Origin: Burkholderiaceae bacterium
GTDB lineage: Bacteria; Pseudomonadota; Gammaproteobacteria; Burkholderiales; Burkholderiaceae_C
NCBI GenBank assembly: GCA_035554275.1
Contig: DATMIN010000106.1
Span: forward strand, 1,422-65,421
DNA: 64,000 nt
Direction of reading: 5' to 3'
Below, piece after piece: positions 37,028 through 45,377 of this stretch. A program made the position numbers and the translations under genes. Position 1 is the first letter of the stretch. Each line of letters begins with the position of its first letter. The notes below the pieces were generated by a model, which saw only the letters and a program-made list of their open reading frames with translations, had not been told where the DNA came from and did not search any database.

Positions 37028-37582
37028 TCACGACCCAAGAAGGTCCAGAAAAAATCCAGTACTGAATAGAAGGACAGCAAACACCTTAGCGCGCCATTCC
37101 CACTTCGGATTGTCGAGTACCCACACACTAAACGCCACAAAGGGCGACAGCAAAGTTCCAATTGCCACAAGAACAATCGGAACGCCGACCAACAAGAGCA
37201 AAGGAATCGCAAGAACGCGCCTAGTCCAGAGCTCGAGCATTAGCACCCAGTCCGGCCAGTTAGGAAATCCAAGTATTTGCCAGTGGACCATTGCCTTAAC
37301 GTAGCCTGCGAGTATGAGGAACCCAACTACGCCGAAAATGAACGGTGGCCAAAGGTTGATCGATGGTTCCCGCAAAGTACCGTGAACATTACGAAGCAAA
37401 GTGCCCCACTTGTTAACTCGCGCAACACCAATGATCTCGATAACAATCAGCACCCCGGCGACGAGCTGCATAATCTTTCCGATTCGCGCCCATGCCCAAA
37501 TTGGCAGCCCGTGAATCGCTATACTTCCGAGTGGTCCGTCGAGCCACCGCTGCCACGCAATGAAGAAGTCGATATCGGGCAT
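37028..37582 (-). CDS. Cassette (inverted ORF): multi-pass membrane protein (184 aa)
   Basis: About four hydrophobic helices, low GC, antisense to the array between attC6 and attC7. Confidence 0.8.
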   Translation of the reverse strand: MPDIDFFIAWQRWLDGPLGSIAIHGLPIWAWARIGKIMQLVAGVLIVIEIIGVARVNKWGTLLRNVHGTLREPSINLWPPFIFGVVGFLILAGYVKAMVHWQILGFPNWPDWVLMLELWTRRVLAIPLLLLVGVPIVLVAIGTLLSPFVAFSVWVLDNPKWEWRAKVFAVLLFSTGFFLDLLGS

Positions 37583-37674
37583 CGCGAGTCCCAACTTGCG
37601 CAATCGACCCACTCTATCACCAGAGCTGCAAGTCGAAGGTCTTCGGAATGTTGGGGACCGCACTTACACGCGAC

Positions 37675-37734
37675 GCCCAACCCTTCCTTCAAGCGGACCC
37701 GCCTACGGCGGTCCGCTTAAGTCAAACGGTAGGC
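37675..37734 (+). repeat. attC site 7 (core GTT changed to GGT)
   Basis: GCCCAAC-CCTTCCTTCAAGCGGAC...GTCCGCTTAAGTCAAAC-GGTAGGC. Confidence 0.82.
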
Positions 37735-37818
37735 CGCACACTGCACTCAACATGCCTGCCCGGAGCGTTCAAGCCGGAGTCGCCGCGGTCCTTAGCCTTA
37801 ACGCTAGAGGGCGAAGTT

Positions 37819-38031
37819 ATGAATAGCACAAGCCAGGGCGATCGCTCGCAAGCCAAGTTGCCTCGCGTAGCCATCGCCATCGGGCTCGTCGCTGCCTTCG
37901 TCACAACTGGTGCGGTGTCGTGGGCCACGCCGGACGGCAACCTCGTCGTGACTTTGGTGCCAGCGCTGGCGGTTGGTCTGGCTGTGTTCGGCCTCGCTTT
38001 GTGGCGCGTCCGTCGCGGAGGGTCGAAGTGA
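37819..38031 (+). CDS. Small two-TM protein (70 aa) in a final cassette lacking its attC
   Basis: GAGG RBS; two hydrophobic segments; followed by an overlapping GTGA start that degenerates. Confidence 0.65.
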   Translation: MNSTSQGDRSQAKLPRVAIAIGLVAAFVTTGAVSWATPDGNLVVTLVPALAVGLAVFGLALWRVRRGGSK

Positions 38032-38554
38032 CAAATCTCCCGGTGGGTCTCTTCGTTGTAGCTGCTGTGCTTGGTTGGCGGTCACCTCGGGCACTCAGGC
38101 ATTGCCCCAGCCGCGGGCTCCAGATTGACGAATTCATTCGGCAGACAAGACGCTGGAAATCAAAGCCGATCTTTCCGGCGAGCCCGCAGGAATGGACAGC
38201 GGCCCTTCCCGTGGCCGGGGCCTGCGCGCTTGGCTTCCTTCGCGCTGCGCGCGAACGAGCGCGCTGACGAACTGACCGTCCCTGCCGGGAACTCCGCTGT
38301 GCTGCGTGAACTGCGCACCGGCCAGATCGTCACCCCGACCACCCGCCACGCCCGAAGCCGGGCCGCCGAACAGCCAACGGCCAATGGCCTGATGTGATCG
38401 AGTCGGCTCGACCACCGCGCCAGTCGCTGCGCTCATGTCACGCGGGCCGCGGGGACGCCGGCTCTCAAAGGTGGGGCGGGCTCCTGCGCGCATCCGCTGC
38501 GCCAGGGAACCTGTCACATCGATCGCCCGTGCTTCGGGCCCTTACTCCTCCTTT

Positions 38555-38679
38555 GCAGCCTTCATCGCCAGTGCAACCCACCGCGCTCCCCCCAGCTGCG
38601 CCCCCATCTTCTTCGAGGGGGACTTGTGGGGGGATCTAAAAGGCGGTGGGCCGGGAAACTGGCTCATCGCTTCGGCTGC
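38555..38679. promoter_or_regulatory. Long bulged hairpin upstream of ssb (ssDNA promoter/ssi-like)
   Basis: Nested pairs GCAGCC/GGCTGC, GCCAGT/ACTGGC, CCCACCGC/GCGGTGGG, CCCCCA/TGGGGG. Confidence 0.55.
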
Positions 38680-38851
38680 CGATACCCAAACACCGACACC
38701 ACCCATCTCCCACCTCTTCCCGTGAGGGAAGAGGCCTTCCCCCACTTCCGTCGCCCCAGGGCGAGACGAGGTGAGTCCAAGCGAGAGGATCAGTTGGTAG
38801 GAACTCGAGACGGGTTCCGGCTGGTGTCTCTCGACTGGATGGAGATTCATC

Positions 38852-39319
38852 ATGGCTTACGTACGAGTGGAACAACGCAATGCGCGCCTGGCTGCGGCCG
38901 TCAAGGTCGAGTTCGTCAAGGGTCGCGACGGCGAGGTCGCCAAGGGCACGGTGACCGTCATCAGCAACACGCGCCGCGGGTCGGGCGAGGAGCGGGCCGA
39001 GGAGGCGACCGCGATCCAGTGGACGCTGTGGGGCAAGCAGGCCGAGAACGCCGCCCAGTACCTCGGCAAGGGCTCGCGCGTGAACGTGGTCGGGCGGCTG
39101 CGCAACAACAACTACGACAAGGACGGCGCCACCGTCTACGGGTTCCAGTTCACCTGCGAGGGGCTCGACTACCTCGACAGCAAGGCCGAGTCCGATGCGC
39201 GGCGCGAGCGGCAGGACGAGTCGACCGATGACACGGCCGCCAAGCGCGTGACCCAAAGGCCGCGCGGTCGCAGCGCACGCCTGAATGGTCAGGGTCGTGG
39301 CGCTGTGTCAGCGGACTGA
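38852..39319 (+). CDS. ssb: Single-stranded DNA-binding protein (mobile-element type)
   Basis: LWGKQAENAAQYLGKGSRVNVVGRLRNNNY OB-fold signature. Confidence 0.88.
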   Translation: MAYVRVEQRNARLAAAVKVEFVKGRDGEVAKGTVTVISNTRRGSGEERAEEATAIQWTLWGKQAENAAQYLGKGSRVNVVGRLRNNNYDKDGATVYGFQFTCEGLDYLDSKAESDARRERQDESTDDTAAKRVTQRPRGRSARLNGQGRGAVSAD

Positions 39320-39383
39320 TGCGCCGGCGGGCCGGGCGCTTGTGCGCCGGCCCGCTTCTCAACCTCATCGACAAGGAGTCATC

Positions 39384-40241
39384 ATGCTTTCAACTCAGAT
39401 GCCGAGATTGGCGGCGCGTTTCGCGCACACCACGCACGTGATCCGCAGCGAGTCGCCGCTCGCCGAAGACCAGATGCACCAGGCCGCGCCGTCGATCTTC
39501 GCGCAGGGCAAGCACGCGAGCCGCTCCGAGCGCTACACCTACATCCCGACCATCGATGTTCTGCGCGGCCTGCGCAAGGAAGGGTTCGAGCCCTTCATGG
39601 TGGCGCAGAGCAAGAGCCGGATCGAAGGGAAGGCCGACTTCACGAAGCACATGATCCGCATGCGGCACGCGGCGCAGGTCAGCGCGAAGCCCGAGGCGAA
39701 CGAGATCATCCTGATCAACAGCCACGACGGCGCGAGTTCGTACCAGATGCTCGCGGGCGTGTTCCGCTTTGTCTGCTGCAATGGGCTGGTGGTCGGCACG
39801 GTGTCGAACGACATCCGGATCCCGCACAAGGGCAACGTCCAGGACGATGTGATCGAGGGCGCGTTCCGGGTGCTCGAGGACTTCGAGGCCGTGGACGCCT
39901 CGATCGACGGCATGAAGTCGCTGTCGCTCAAAGAGGAGGAAGCACGCGCGTTCGCCAGCGCGGCGCTCGCGCTTCGCTACGGTGAACGCAGCGAGGGCCA
40001 GCCGCCCGCTCCGATCACGGCCGAACAGCTTGCCGAGCCGCGCCGTCCCGAGGACGGCGGACGTACTCTGTGGAGCACGTTCCAGCGCGTGCAGGAGAAC
40101 GCGTTGCGCGGTGGTCAGTCCGGGCGCAGCAATCAAGGTCGCCGGATGCAGACGCGATCCGTTGGCAGCATCGATCGCAGCGTGAACCTGAACCGGGCGC
40201 TGTGGGTGCTCGCCGAGGAGATGCGCAGATTGAAGTCCTGA
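39384..40241 (+). CDS. DUF932 family protein
   Basis: APSIFA, SRSERYTYIPT, LINSHDG, RFVCCNGL motifs; AAGGAG RBS. Confidence 0.92.
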   Translation: MLSTQMPRLAARFAHTTHVIRSESPLAEDQMHQAAPSIFAQGKHASRSERYTYIPTIDVLRGLRKEGFEPFMVAQSKSRIEGKADFTKHMIRMRHAAQVSAKPEANEIILINSHDGASSYQMLAGVFRFVCCNGLVVGTVSNDIRIPHKGNVQDDVIEGAFRVLEDFEAVDASIDGMKSLSLKEEEARAFASAALALRYGERSEGQPPAPITAEQLAEPRRPEDGGRTLWSTFQRVQENALRGGQSGRSNQGRRMQTRSVGSIDRSVNLNRALWVLAEEMRRLKS

Positions 40242-40398
40242 GCGAGAGGGGCGGCCGCAGCGATGCGGTTGCCCGTCTTCGATCGGTTGTCGACGCAGGC
40301 CAAGCGCACTTGCGCGGATGAAATTCGCGCTCGCCGGCGCTACCTGCTCGCGTTGCCCGGCCCTCGGCCATCGAGGCCTGCGGTCCGGGTCGTGTCTG

Positions 40399-40839
40399 CT
40401 AGTCCGAGCCGGTCCGCGAGGCCAGAATCTGCGCCGCCTGCTTCTTGCCAAGCGTCTTGAGGGCGGCAATCGCTTCCAGGTGCTTGGCGCGCGGTCGGGC
40501 GCTACCGGCTTCCCAGTTGTAGACCGATTGGCCCGATGCGCCGATCAGCAGGCCGCAGGCTTCGGCCGAGAGCCCGAGGCGCTTGCGCTGCGATGTCAGG
40601 CCCTTGGCGCTGAACCGCACGGGTTTGCCCGATTCCTCGGTCGATGGAGCCTGCGACTCGGGCAAGGCCTTGCCAACCTTGCGCAACTGCCGCTCGAGCG
40701 ATTCGGAGCGTCTCTTGAGCGCAGCGATCTCCGTTCGATAGGTGCCGACGGCCTTCTTGAGACCATCGACTTCGTTTCGAATCTCCTTGCGTGCGATTCG
40801 GGCGATCTCGGATTTGAGGACTGAGGCGATATTGGGCAT
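40399..40839 (-). CDS. Coiled-coil + XRE-type HTH protein
   Basis: MPNIASVLKSEIARIARKE; RKRLGLSA...QSVYNWEAG..RPR. Confidence 0.85.
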   Translation of the reverse strand: MPNIASVLKSEIARIARKEIRNEVDGLKKAVGTYRTEIAALKRRSESLERQLRKVGKALPESQAPSTEESGKPVRFSAKGLTSQRKRLGLSAEACGLLIGASGQSVYNWEAGSARPRAKHLEAIAALKTLGKKQAAQILASRTGSD

Positions 40840-40958
40840 GGCCGTGATTGTGCCGCTTTCCGGGCAATTGTTGAAATGGCCATGAAACTCCTTGTCACCT
40901 GAATCCAAACATGGGCGGCGTCGGAATTGGGTGCTGCAGGTCCGACACGAGAGCCGCC

Positions 40959-40993
40959 TAGAATGCGCGGGCCCGCAAACCGCGGGCTTTTTT
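40959..40993 (+). terminator. Terminator-like hairpin directly after a -10 box, upstream of the HU gene
   Basis: TAGAAT (40959-40964), GCCCGC-AAACC-GCGGGC, T6. Confidence 0.5.
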
Positions 40994-41017
40994 ATCCCCG
41001 AGGACATTCGAACCCCC

Positions 41018-41443
41018 ATGGCAACTGCAAAGAAGACGATGACCAAGGCGCCGGCCAAGAAGGCCGCGCCCGCAACGAAGGCAGCAAAGAAGACTGCCCC
41101 GAAGGCCGCGAAGCCCACGACGGACCTGAAACCCATCAAGGCGGCGTTCAACCGTTCCAGCCTGATCGCCCACCTCGCCGACACCGCCGCGGCAGAACCA
41201 AAAGTTGTCAAGGCCGTGATGGCCGCGCTGGAAGCCACGATCCTGGCGTCCGTGCACAAGAAGGGGCTCGGCGCCTTCGTGCTGCCCGGCTTGCTGAAGG
41301 TCAACGTCGTCAACGTGCCGGCCAAGAAGAAGCGCACCGGCCTCGATCCGTTCACCAAGGTCGAGCGCGTGTTCGCCGCCAAGCCGGCGAGCGTCAAGAT
41401 CAAGACGCGCGCGCTGAAGAAGCTGAAGGACGCGGCGCTCTGA
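41018..41443 (+). CDS. HU/IHF-family DNA-binding protein with Lys/Ala-rich N-terminus
   Basis: FVLPGLLK..PAKKKRTGLDPFT..FAAKPAS..K.RALKKLKDA. Confidence 0.9.
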   Translation: MATAKKTMTKAPAKKAAPATKAAKKTAPKAAKPTTDLKPIKAAFNRSSLIAHLADTAAAEPKVVKAVMAALEATILASVHKKGLGAFVLPGLLKVNVVNVPAKKKRTGLDPFTKVERVFAAKPASVKIKTRALKKLKDAAL

Positions 41444-41601
41444 CGCAGGGGCATCGCGCCAGAGGTGAGTAGGCCGCGCTCTGGACCGGCTGGCGGCGGC
41501 CAAGGCGCGCGATGAGCTTCATCGGAAGCCATCGTCGCAGGCGGTTCGGCCGACCCAACCTTCGGGTCGGCCGTCTCTCGAGACCCATGGCGGGCCAGGG
41601 C

Positions 41602-42063
41602 TCACCGTGCCGACAGCCAGACCGCCAGCGCCCAGGTGGCGGCAGATGCCGTTGCCGCCGCTGCCACATGTGTCAGCCACCCCTCCCAGCGCCGATCCGC
41701 TCGGCGGATCAGCGGCTGCAGTGCCGATTGCAGTCGCGCTAGAGTCGGGGCCAGCTCGGCGCTGAAGGCTACTCTTGCTGCCTCCGCCATCGCGCGGCTT
41801 TGCTGACCGATGGACCGCCGCGCGGCCTCGTCGGTGCGCATCATGATGTGCTTCACCGCCTGGACCTTGGCCCTCTCGGTCAGGACCGTGACCTGACCCT
41901 CGAACGCAGCCAATTGGTCGACGAGCCGACCGTGAGCATCTTCGAGCGCTTGGCGGGACTGGTCCAGCATTGGCGCCAGCGCCTCGACTTGGCGAATCAA
42001 CGTTGCCGCCTCGCCGAGGGCTTCGACGATCAACGCTTCTCGCGCCGTGGTCTGAGGCTTCAT
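41602..42063 (-). CDS. Hypothetical protein with C-terminal TM, third gene of the stb-like operon
   Basis: ATGA overlap with stbB; helical. Confidence 0.75.
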   Translation of the reverse strand: MKPQTTAREALIVEALGEAATLIRQVEALAPMLDQSRQALEDAHGRLVDQLAAFEGQVTVLTERAKVQAVKHIMMRTDEAARRSIGQQSRAMAEAARVAFSAELAPTLARLQSALQPLIRRADRRWEGWLTHVAAAATASAATWALAVWLSAR

Positions 42064-42800
42064 GCCGCGGGCATCGCTGCCTCGGCCGGCCGATGCGCAA
42101 GGCTGCGCAGGTCCAGGGCCGCAAAGCACGCGTCGAGTTCGGGGATGACGCCCCGGGCAAGACGCTGGGTCGCCAGCTGCTGGGCCAGCGCCAGCCTGTC
42201 CGACATTGACCGTGCGGTGGCGATCGCGGCCTTGTAGTCGGAGGTGTCTGCGGCCAGTTCGAAGAGCGACCGGTCCGTCCCACGAACCCGCGCATAGACC
42301 TCGTTGTATCGCAGGCAGGCGGCCGTGCGCGGCAGTGCATGGCCGGAAACTGCGCAGTACGCCAGCAGCGTCTCGAAGACCGCCTCGATCGGGCTGTCGT
42401 CCTCGACCTGGTTGAAGACCAGCCGCACGCGCTGCGCCGGCACGCCGATGCGCGCCAGCTCGGCCAGCGTCGCCGCCGTGTCCTGTTGCTGCTTGCGGGC
42501 CGGTACGGTTGGGACGACGAATCCGTCGAAGTCCATGTGGCTGCCGCTGTAGCGGCGCATCAGCGCGAGCAGGTCCTCGACGTTGCTCGCACCGACATCG
42601 ACGACCAGGTCGGAGACCGTTTGCAAGTATTCCTGCAGCTGCGCGAACTGCCGTCCCCGGATCGTCATGGGCTTGTCGTCGTCGGCGTTGATGCTCTCCA
42701 CCGCGACGAACTCGCAGCCGGGAATGCGTGGGGCGAGAAGGTGGCGGGCGATCGTGCTCTTGCCGACGTTGCCGGAGAAGTTGATGACCGCGAGTTTCAT
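42060..42800 (-). CDS. stbB: StbB-like ParA-family ATPase
   Basis: INFSGNVGKST, VESIN, VDVGASNVE, KQQQDT motifs. Confidence 0.88.
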   Translation of the reverse strand: MKLAVINFSGNVGKSTIARHLLAPRIPGCEFVAVESINADDDKPMTIRGRQFAQLQEYLQTVSDLVVDVGASNVEDLLALMRRYSGSHMDFDGFVVPTVPARKQQQDTAATLAELARIGVPAQRVRLVFNQVEDDSPIEAVFETLLAYCAVSGHALPRTAACLRYNEVYARVRGTDRSLFELAADTSDYKAAIATARSMSDRLALAQQLATQRLARGVIPELDACFAALDLRSLAHRPAEAAMPAA

Positions 42801-43180
42801 GGGAACTCCTTGTGGTTGACCAGCTGATTGCTGGGATTGGCGGTGAAGAAGGCTTCGGCGATGTCGTGACCGTGGGATACAGGAGGTGCCGCACGGGAGG
42901 GCGTTGGCGGCGACGGGCCTGGCGGCGGGACGGTTGCCCTGTTCGCCGCGGCCGGTCCACGTGCTAATGGCGACACGGAGCCGCCAGCGTTCGACCGGGC
43001 GCGGAGTCGGCGTACCTCGCGCCGCAGAGCGCTCGTGCTCAGTTCGATGCCGACGTCGGCCATCGCCTCGCGGATCGCCTCGAACGTGTAGCCCGCGCTG
43101 CGCAGCCGCACGATCTCCATGGCATACGCGGCCGCCTTGCGATCGGCGCGTCCGGGAGGGCGCTTGGGGTTCAGTTCCAC
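42797..43180 (-). CDS. HTH protein in the StbA position (start uncertain)
   Basis: EIVRLRSAGYTFEAIREAM HTH-like segment; ATGA overlap with stbB. Confidence 0.7.
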   Translation of the reverse strand: MELNPKRPPGRADRKAAAYAMEIVRLRSAGYTFEAIREAMADVGIELSTSALRREVRRLRARSNAGGSVSPLARGPAAANRATVPPPGPSPPTPSRAAPPVSHGHDIAEAFFTANPSNQLVNHKEFP

Positions 43181-43464
43181 GGCGGGCTTGCGAGTTGGTC
43201 GTGACAACACAGCAAACTTATACCGATGTGGTGCGACCCACCGCGCTGAATTGCGGCGCTTTTTAAGCGGCTCAGCGTCGGGTTCGAGATGGCTGCGCGA
43301 CAGGCTGCGTCGCCTGCCGGTCGCGTGCGCGCCGGGTGACGCGCTGGCTACAACGGACACGATGCACATTCGCGTCACCCGGGTCGGGTCTGTGTCGCCT
43401 CGCAGGCGGCTTTGCGACGCGGTGGGTCGGCACTGCGGCGAATCGCGAGCAGTGCGATGGCCGT

Positions 43465-43590
43465 GACGCGATGAAATTCGCGTCGATTTCAGCGCGTCGA
43501 AGATGCGCTTCATCGACGAAGATGAATTCAAGGTGAGTGCAGAGATAGGCTGCGCGCCGCCGATTTCACAAGCCGCTCTGCGGCTTCATT
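43465..43590 (-). other. Candidate oriT (MOBP-like nic)
   Basis: Minus strand CCTATCTCTG^C at ~43540 resembles RP4 CCTATCCTG^C; lies between divergent stb and mobC, with inverted repeats nearby. Confidence 0.55.
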
Positions 43591-43599
43591 CGTTGCCTC

Positions 43600-44184
43600 A
43601 TGAACGCTGCTCCTCACGAGTTCGTCACGGTCGATATGCGCGGCTTGAAAGCCGCGCTGGTTGCTCTAGCCCGCGAGCAGCGAGTGAGCGTTTCGGTCGT
43701 GGTGCGAGACGCGGTGGCGAAGGCGCTGCCGCCGAACGGTGACATCGCGATCGGAGAGTCATCGGTCGCAGGCACATCTGGCGGGGGCACAGTCAAGTTG
43801 TCGATCCGGCTGACGGCGGACGAGGCAGTGCGACTTGATCGAGGTGCGAAGGACGCTGGCCTGTCGCGCGGTGCGTTCCTGTCCGGCCTGATCAACGGGG
43901 TCGGCGTACCGTCATCTGGCGGCCGCGCCGAGCACCTCGCCGCTGTAATCGCGTCGAACGCCGAACTATCGACGCTCAGTCGCAATGTCCGGAACCTCGC
44001 GAATCTGCTCGGTCGCAGCGAGATGCGAGCGGCGCAAGCCTATCGAACCATGCTCGACACCTTGGCAGGCGATGTCGAGAGGCACCTGGACCTGGCCGGG
44101 GACCTGCTGACGCAACTGCGGCCGTCCCGAGGGGCGCCAGAAGCCCGCAAGCCGCAGCGGCGGCCCCGCCGAAAGGAGACGTGA
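43600..44184 (+). CDS. MobC-like relaxosome accessory protein (RHH)
   Basis: KLSIRLTADE..AGLSRGAF; LSRNVRNLA; abuts the relaxase. Confidence 0.8.
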   Translation: MNAAPHEFVTVDMRGLKAALVALAREQRVSVSVVVRDAVAKALPPNGDIAIGESSVAGTSGGGTVKLSIRLTADEAVRLDRGAKDAGLSRGAFLSGLINGVGVPSSGGRAEHLAAVIASNAELSTLSRNVRNLANLLGRSEMRAAQAYRTMLDTLAGDVERHLDLAGDLLTQLRPSRGAPEARKPQRRPRRKET

Positions 44185-45098
44185 TGTCCGATCCCGCTGC
44201 GATCGATGGCGTCCTGGTCCAATGGGGCGACCGCCTCTTCTATCCCGGCAATCGGATCGTGAAGGGCACGCCGCTGTCGAAGTTGCCGGCGGCCCTGTTG
44301 CGCCAGCGAGCGAACGCGATCCGTGCGCGCATCGAGGCGACCGTGGTGCGCCGCGTACCTCAAGTCATGGTCAAGGTCACGGGCGGCGGTCGGGGGATGA
44401 AGGCCATCGCGGCGCACTTCAAGTACATCAGCAAGAGCGGGCGCTTGGACATCGAGGACGATCGTGGCGAGATCATGAACGGGAAGGGCGACCTGCGCGG
44501 GCTGGTCGACGACTGGCGGTTGGGCGGGACGCCGATCGAGGAGGTCGGCTTTCGGCGGGAGGCATTCAACATCATGCTGTCGATGCCTCGAACGGTCGAT
44601 CCGCTCTACGTGTTGAATGCGGCCCGCGAGTTCGCTCACGCCGAACTGGCGGATCACAAGTACGTGATGGTCTTGCACGACCACCAGGCGAACCCCCACG
44701 TGCACCTGAGTGTCCGGGCGGAGTCGAGGCACGGGAAGCGGCTCAATCCCCGCAAGGCCGACCTGGCCCGCTGGCGCCAGACGTTCGCGGAGAAGCTGAG
44801 GGGCTGGGGCGTCGAGGCGGAGGCGAGCTCGCGGGTGGTGAGGGGACAGGGCCGCCCCGGCGAGGCGCTGTGGCGGGTCAAGGCGCAGCAGGCGGGGAGG
44901 ACGCCGCGCACGTCTCAACAGGCAGGGTCAGTGCCTCTGAGGTCGTTCGCTGTTGAGTCAGCGTGGCAGGCAGTGCAGGGGGCGCTCGCCGGCTCCGACG
45001 ATCCGCGGGATCGGCAACTGGGTGATCGCCTCCAAAGTGCGCGAAACGGTCCGGTGCCGGACGTCGCACCGCACCGAGGGCCGGAACCGAGCCGGTAG
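44184..45098 (+). CDS. VirD2-like MOBP relaxase
   Basis: PQVMVKVTGG, HFKYISK (catalytic Tyr), HDHQANPHVH HUH motif, RLNPRKADL. Confidence 0.92.
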   Translation: MSDPAAIDGVLVQWGDRLFYPGNRIVKGTPLSKLPAALLRQRANAIRARIEATVVRRVPQVMVKVTGGGRGMKAIAAHFKYISKSGRLDIEDDRGEIMNGKGDLRGLVDDWRLGGTPIEEVGFRREAFNIMLSMPRTVDPLYVLNAAREFAHAELADHKYVMVLHDHQANPHVHLSVRAESRHGKRLNPRKADLARWRQTFAEKLRGWGVEAEASSRVVRGQGRPGEALWRVKAQQAGRTPRTSQQAGSVPLRSFAVESAWQAVQGALAGSDDPRDRQLGDRLQSARNGPVPDVAPHRGPEPSR

Positions 45099-45107
45099 AG
45101 CCAATGC

Positions 45108-45320
45108 CTATCGAAAACGCATGTTCAGCAGGCGGGCAATGCGTTCGTCGCGGCCGTCATCCTCTTCGATCCAGCCTGCAGACCAGGCTGAAGCGATCGC
45201 GTGCCACTCCTCGAGTGGGCGGCGCTCGAACAGGTGCGGGTTCGAGAAGTAGTCCTCGCCGCGGCGGCGGGCGAGGGCGCCGCTGCGTCCAATGCCCGCG
45301 AGGTCAGAGCGAAGCAGCAT
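45108..45320 (-). CDS. CrpP/Rmf-like small protein (start could be 45353)
   Basis: G..ARRRG....NP.....W..AWSAGW pattern. Confidence 0.6.
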   Translation of the reverse strand: MLLRSDLAGIGRSGALARRRGEDYFSNPHLFERRPLEEWHAIASAWSAGWIEEDDGRDERIARLLNMRFR

Positions 45321-45377
45321 GTTCGGCTCCGGTGATTTGGGTCTTCCCAGCATAGTAGTTCCCGCAGGACACGGCGC

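Larger units (their letters stand above)
33017..37734 (+). mobile_element. Cluster of attC sites lacking an integron integrase (CALIN): 7 attC, 6 complete cassettes
   Basis: Repeated RYYYAAC...GTTRRRY imperfect palindromes separating single ORFs; no intI in the window. Confidence 0.92.

Noticed and set aside
33017-37734. CRISPR array or REP repeats
   Set aside because: Repeats are variable-length palindromes with RYYYAAC/GTTRRRY ends separated by whole genes, which fits attC sites; no cas genes
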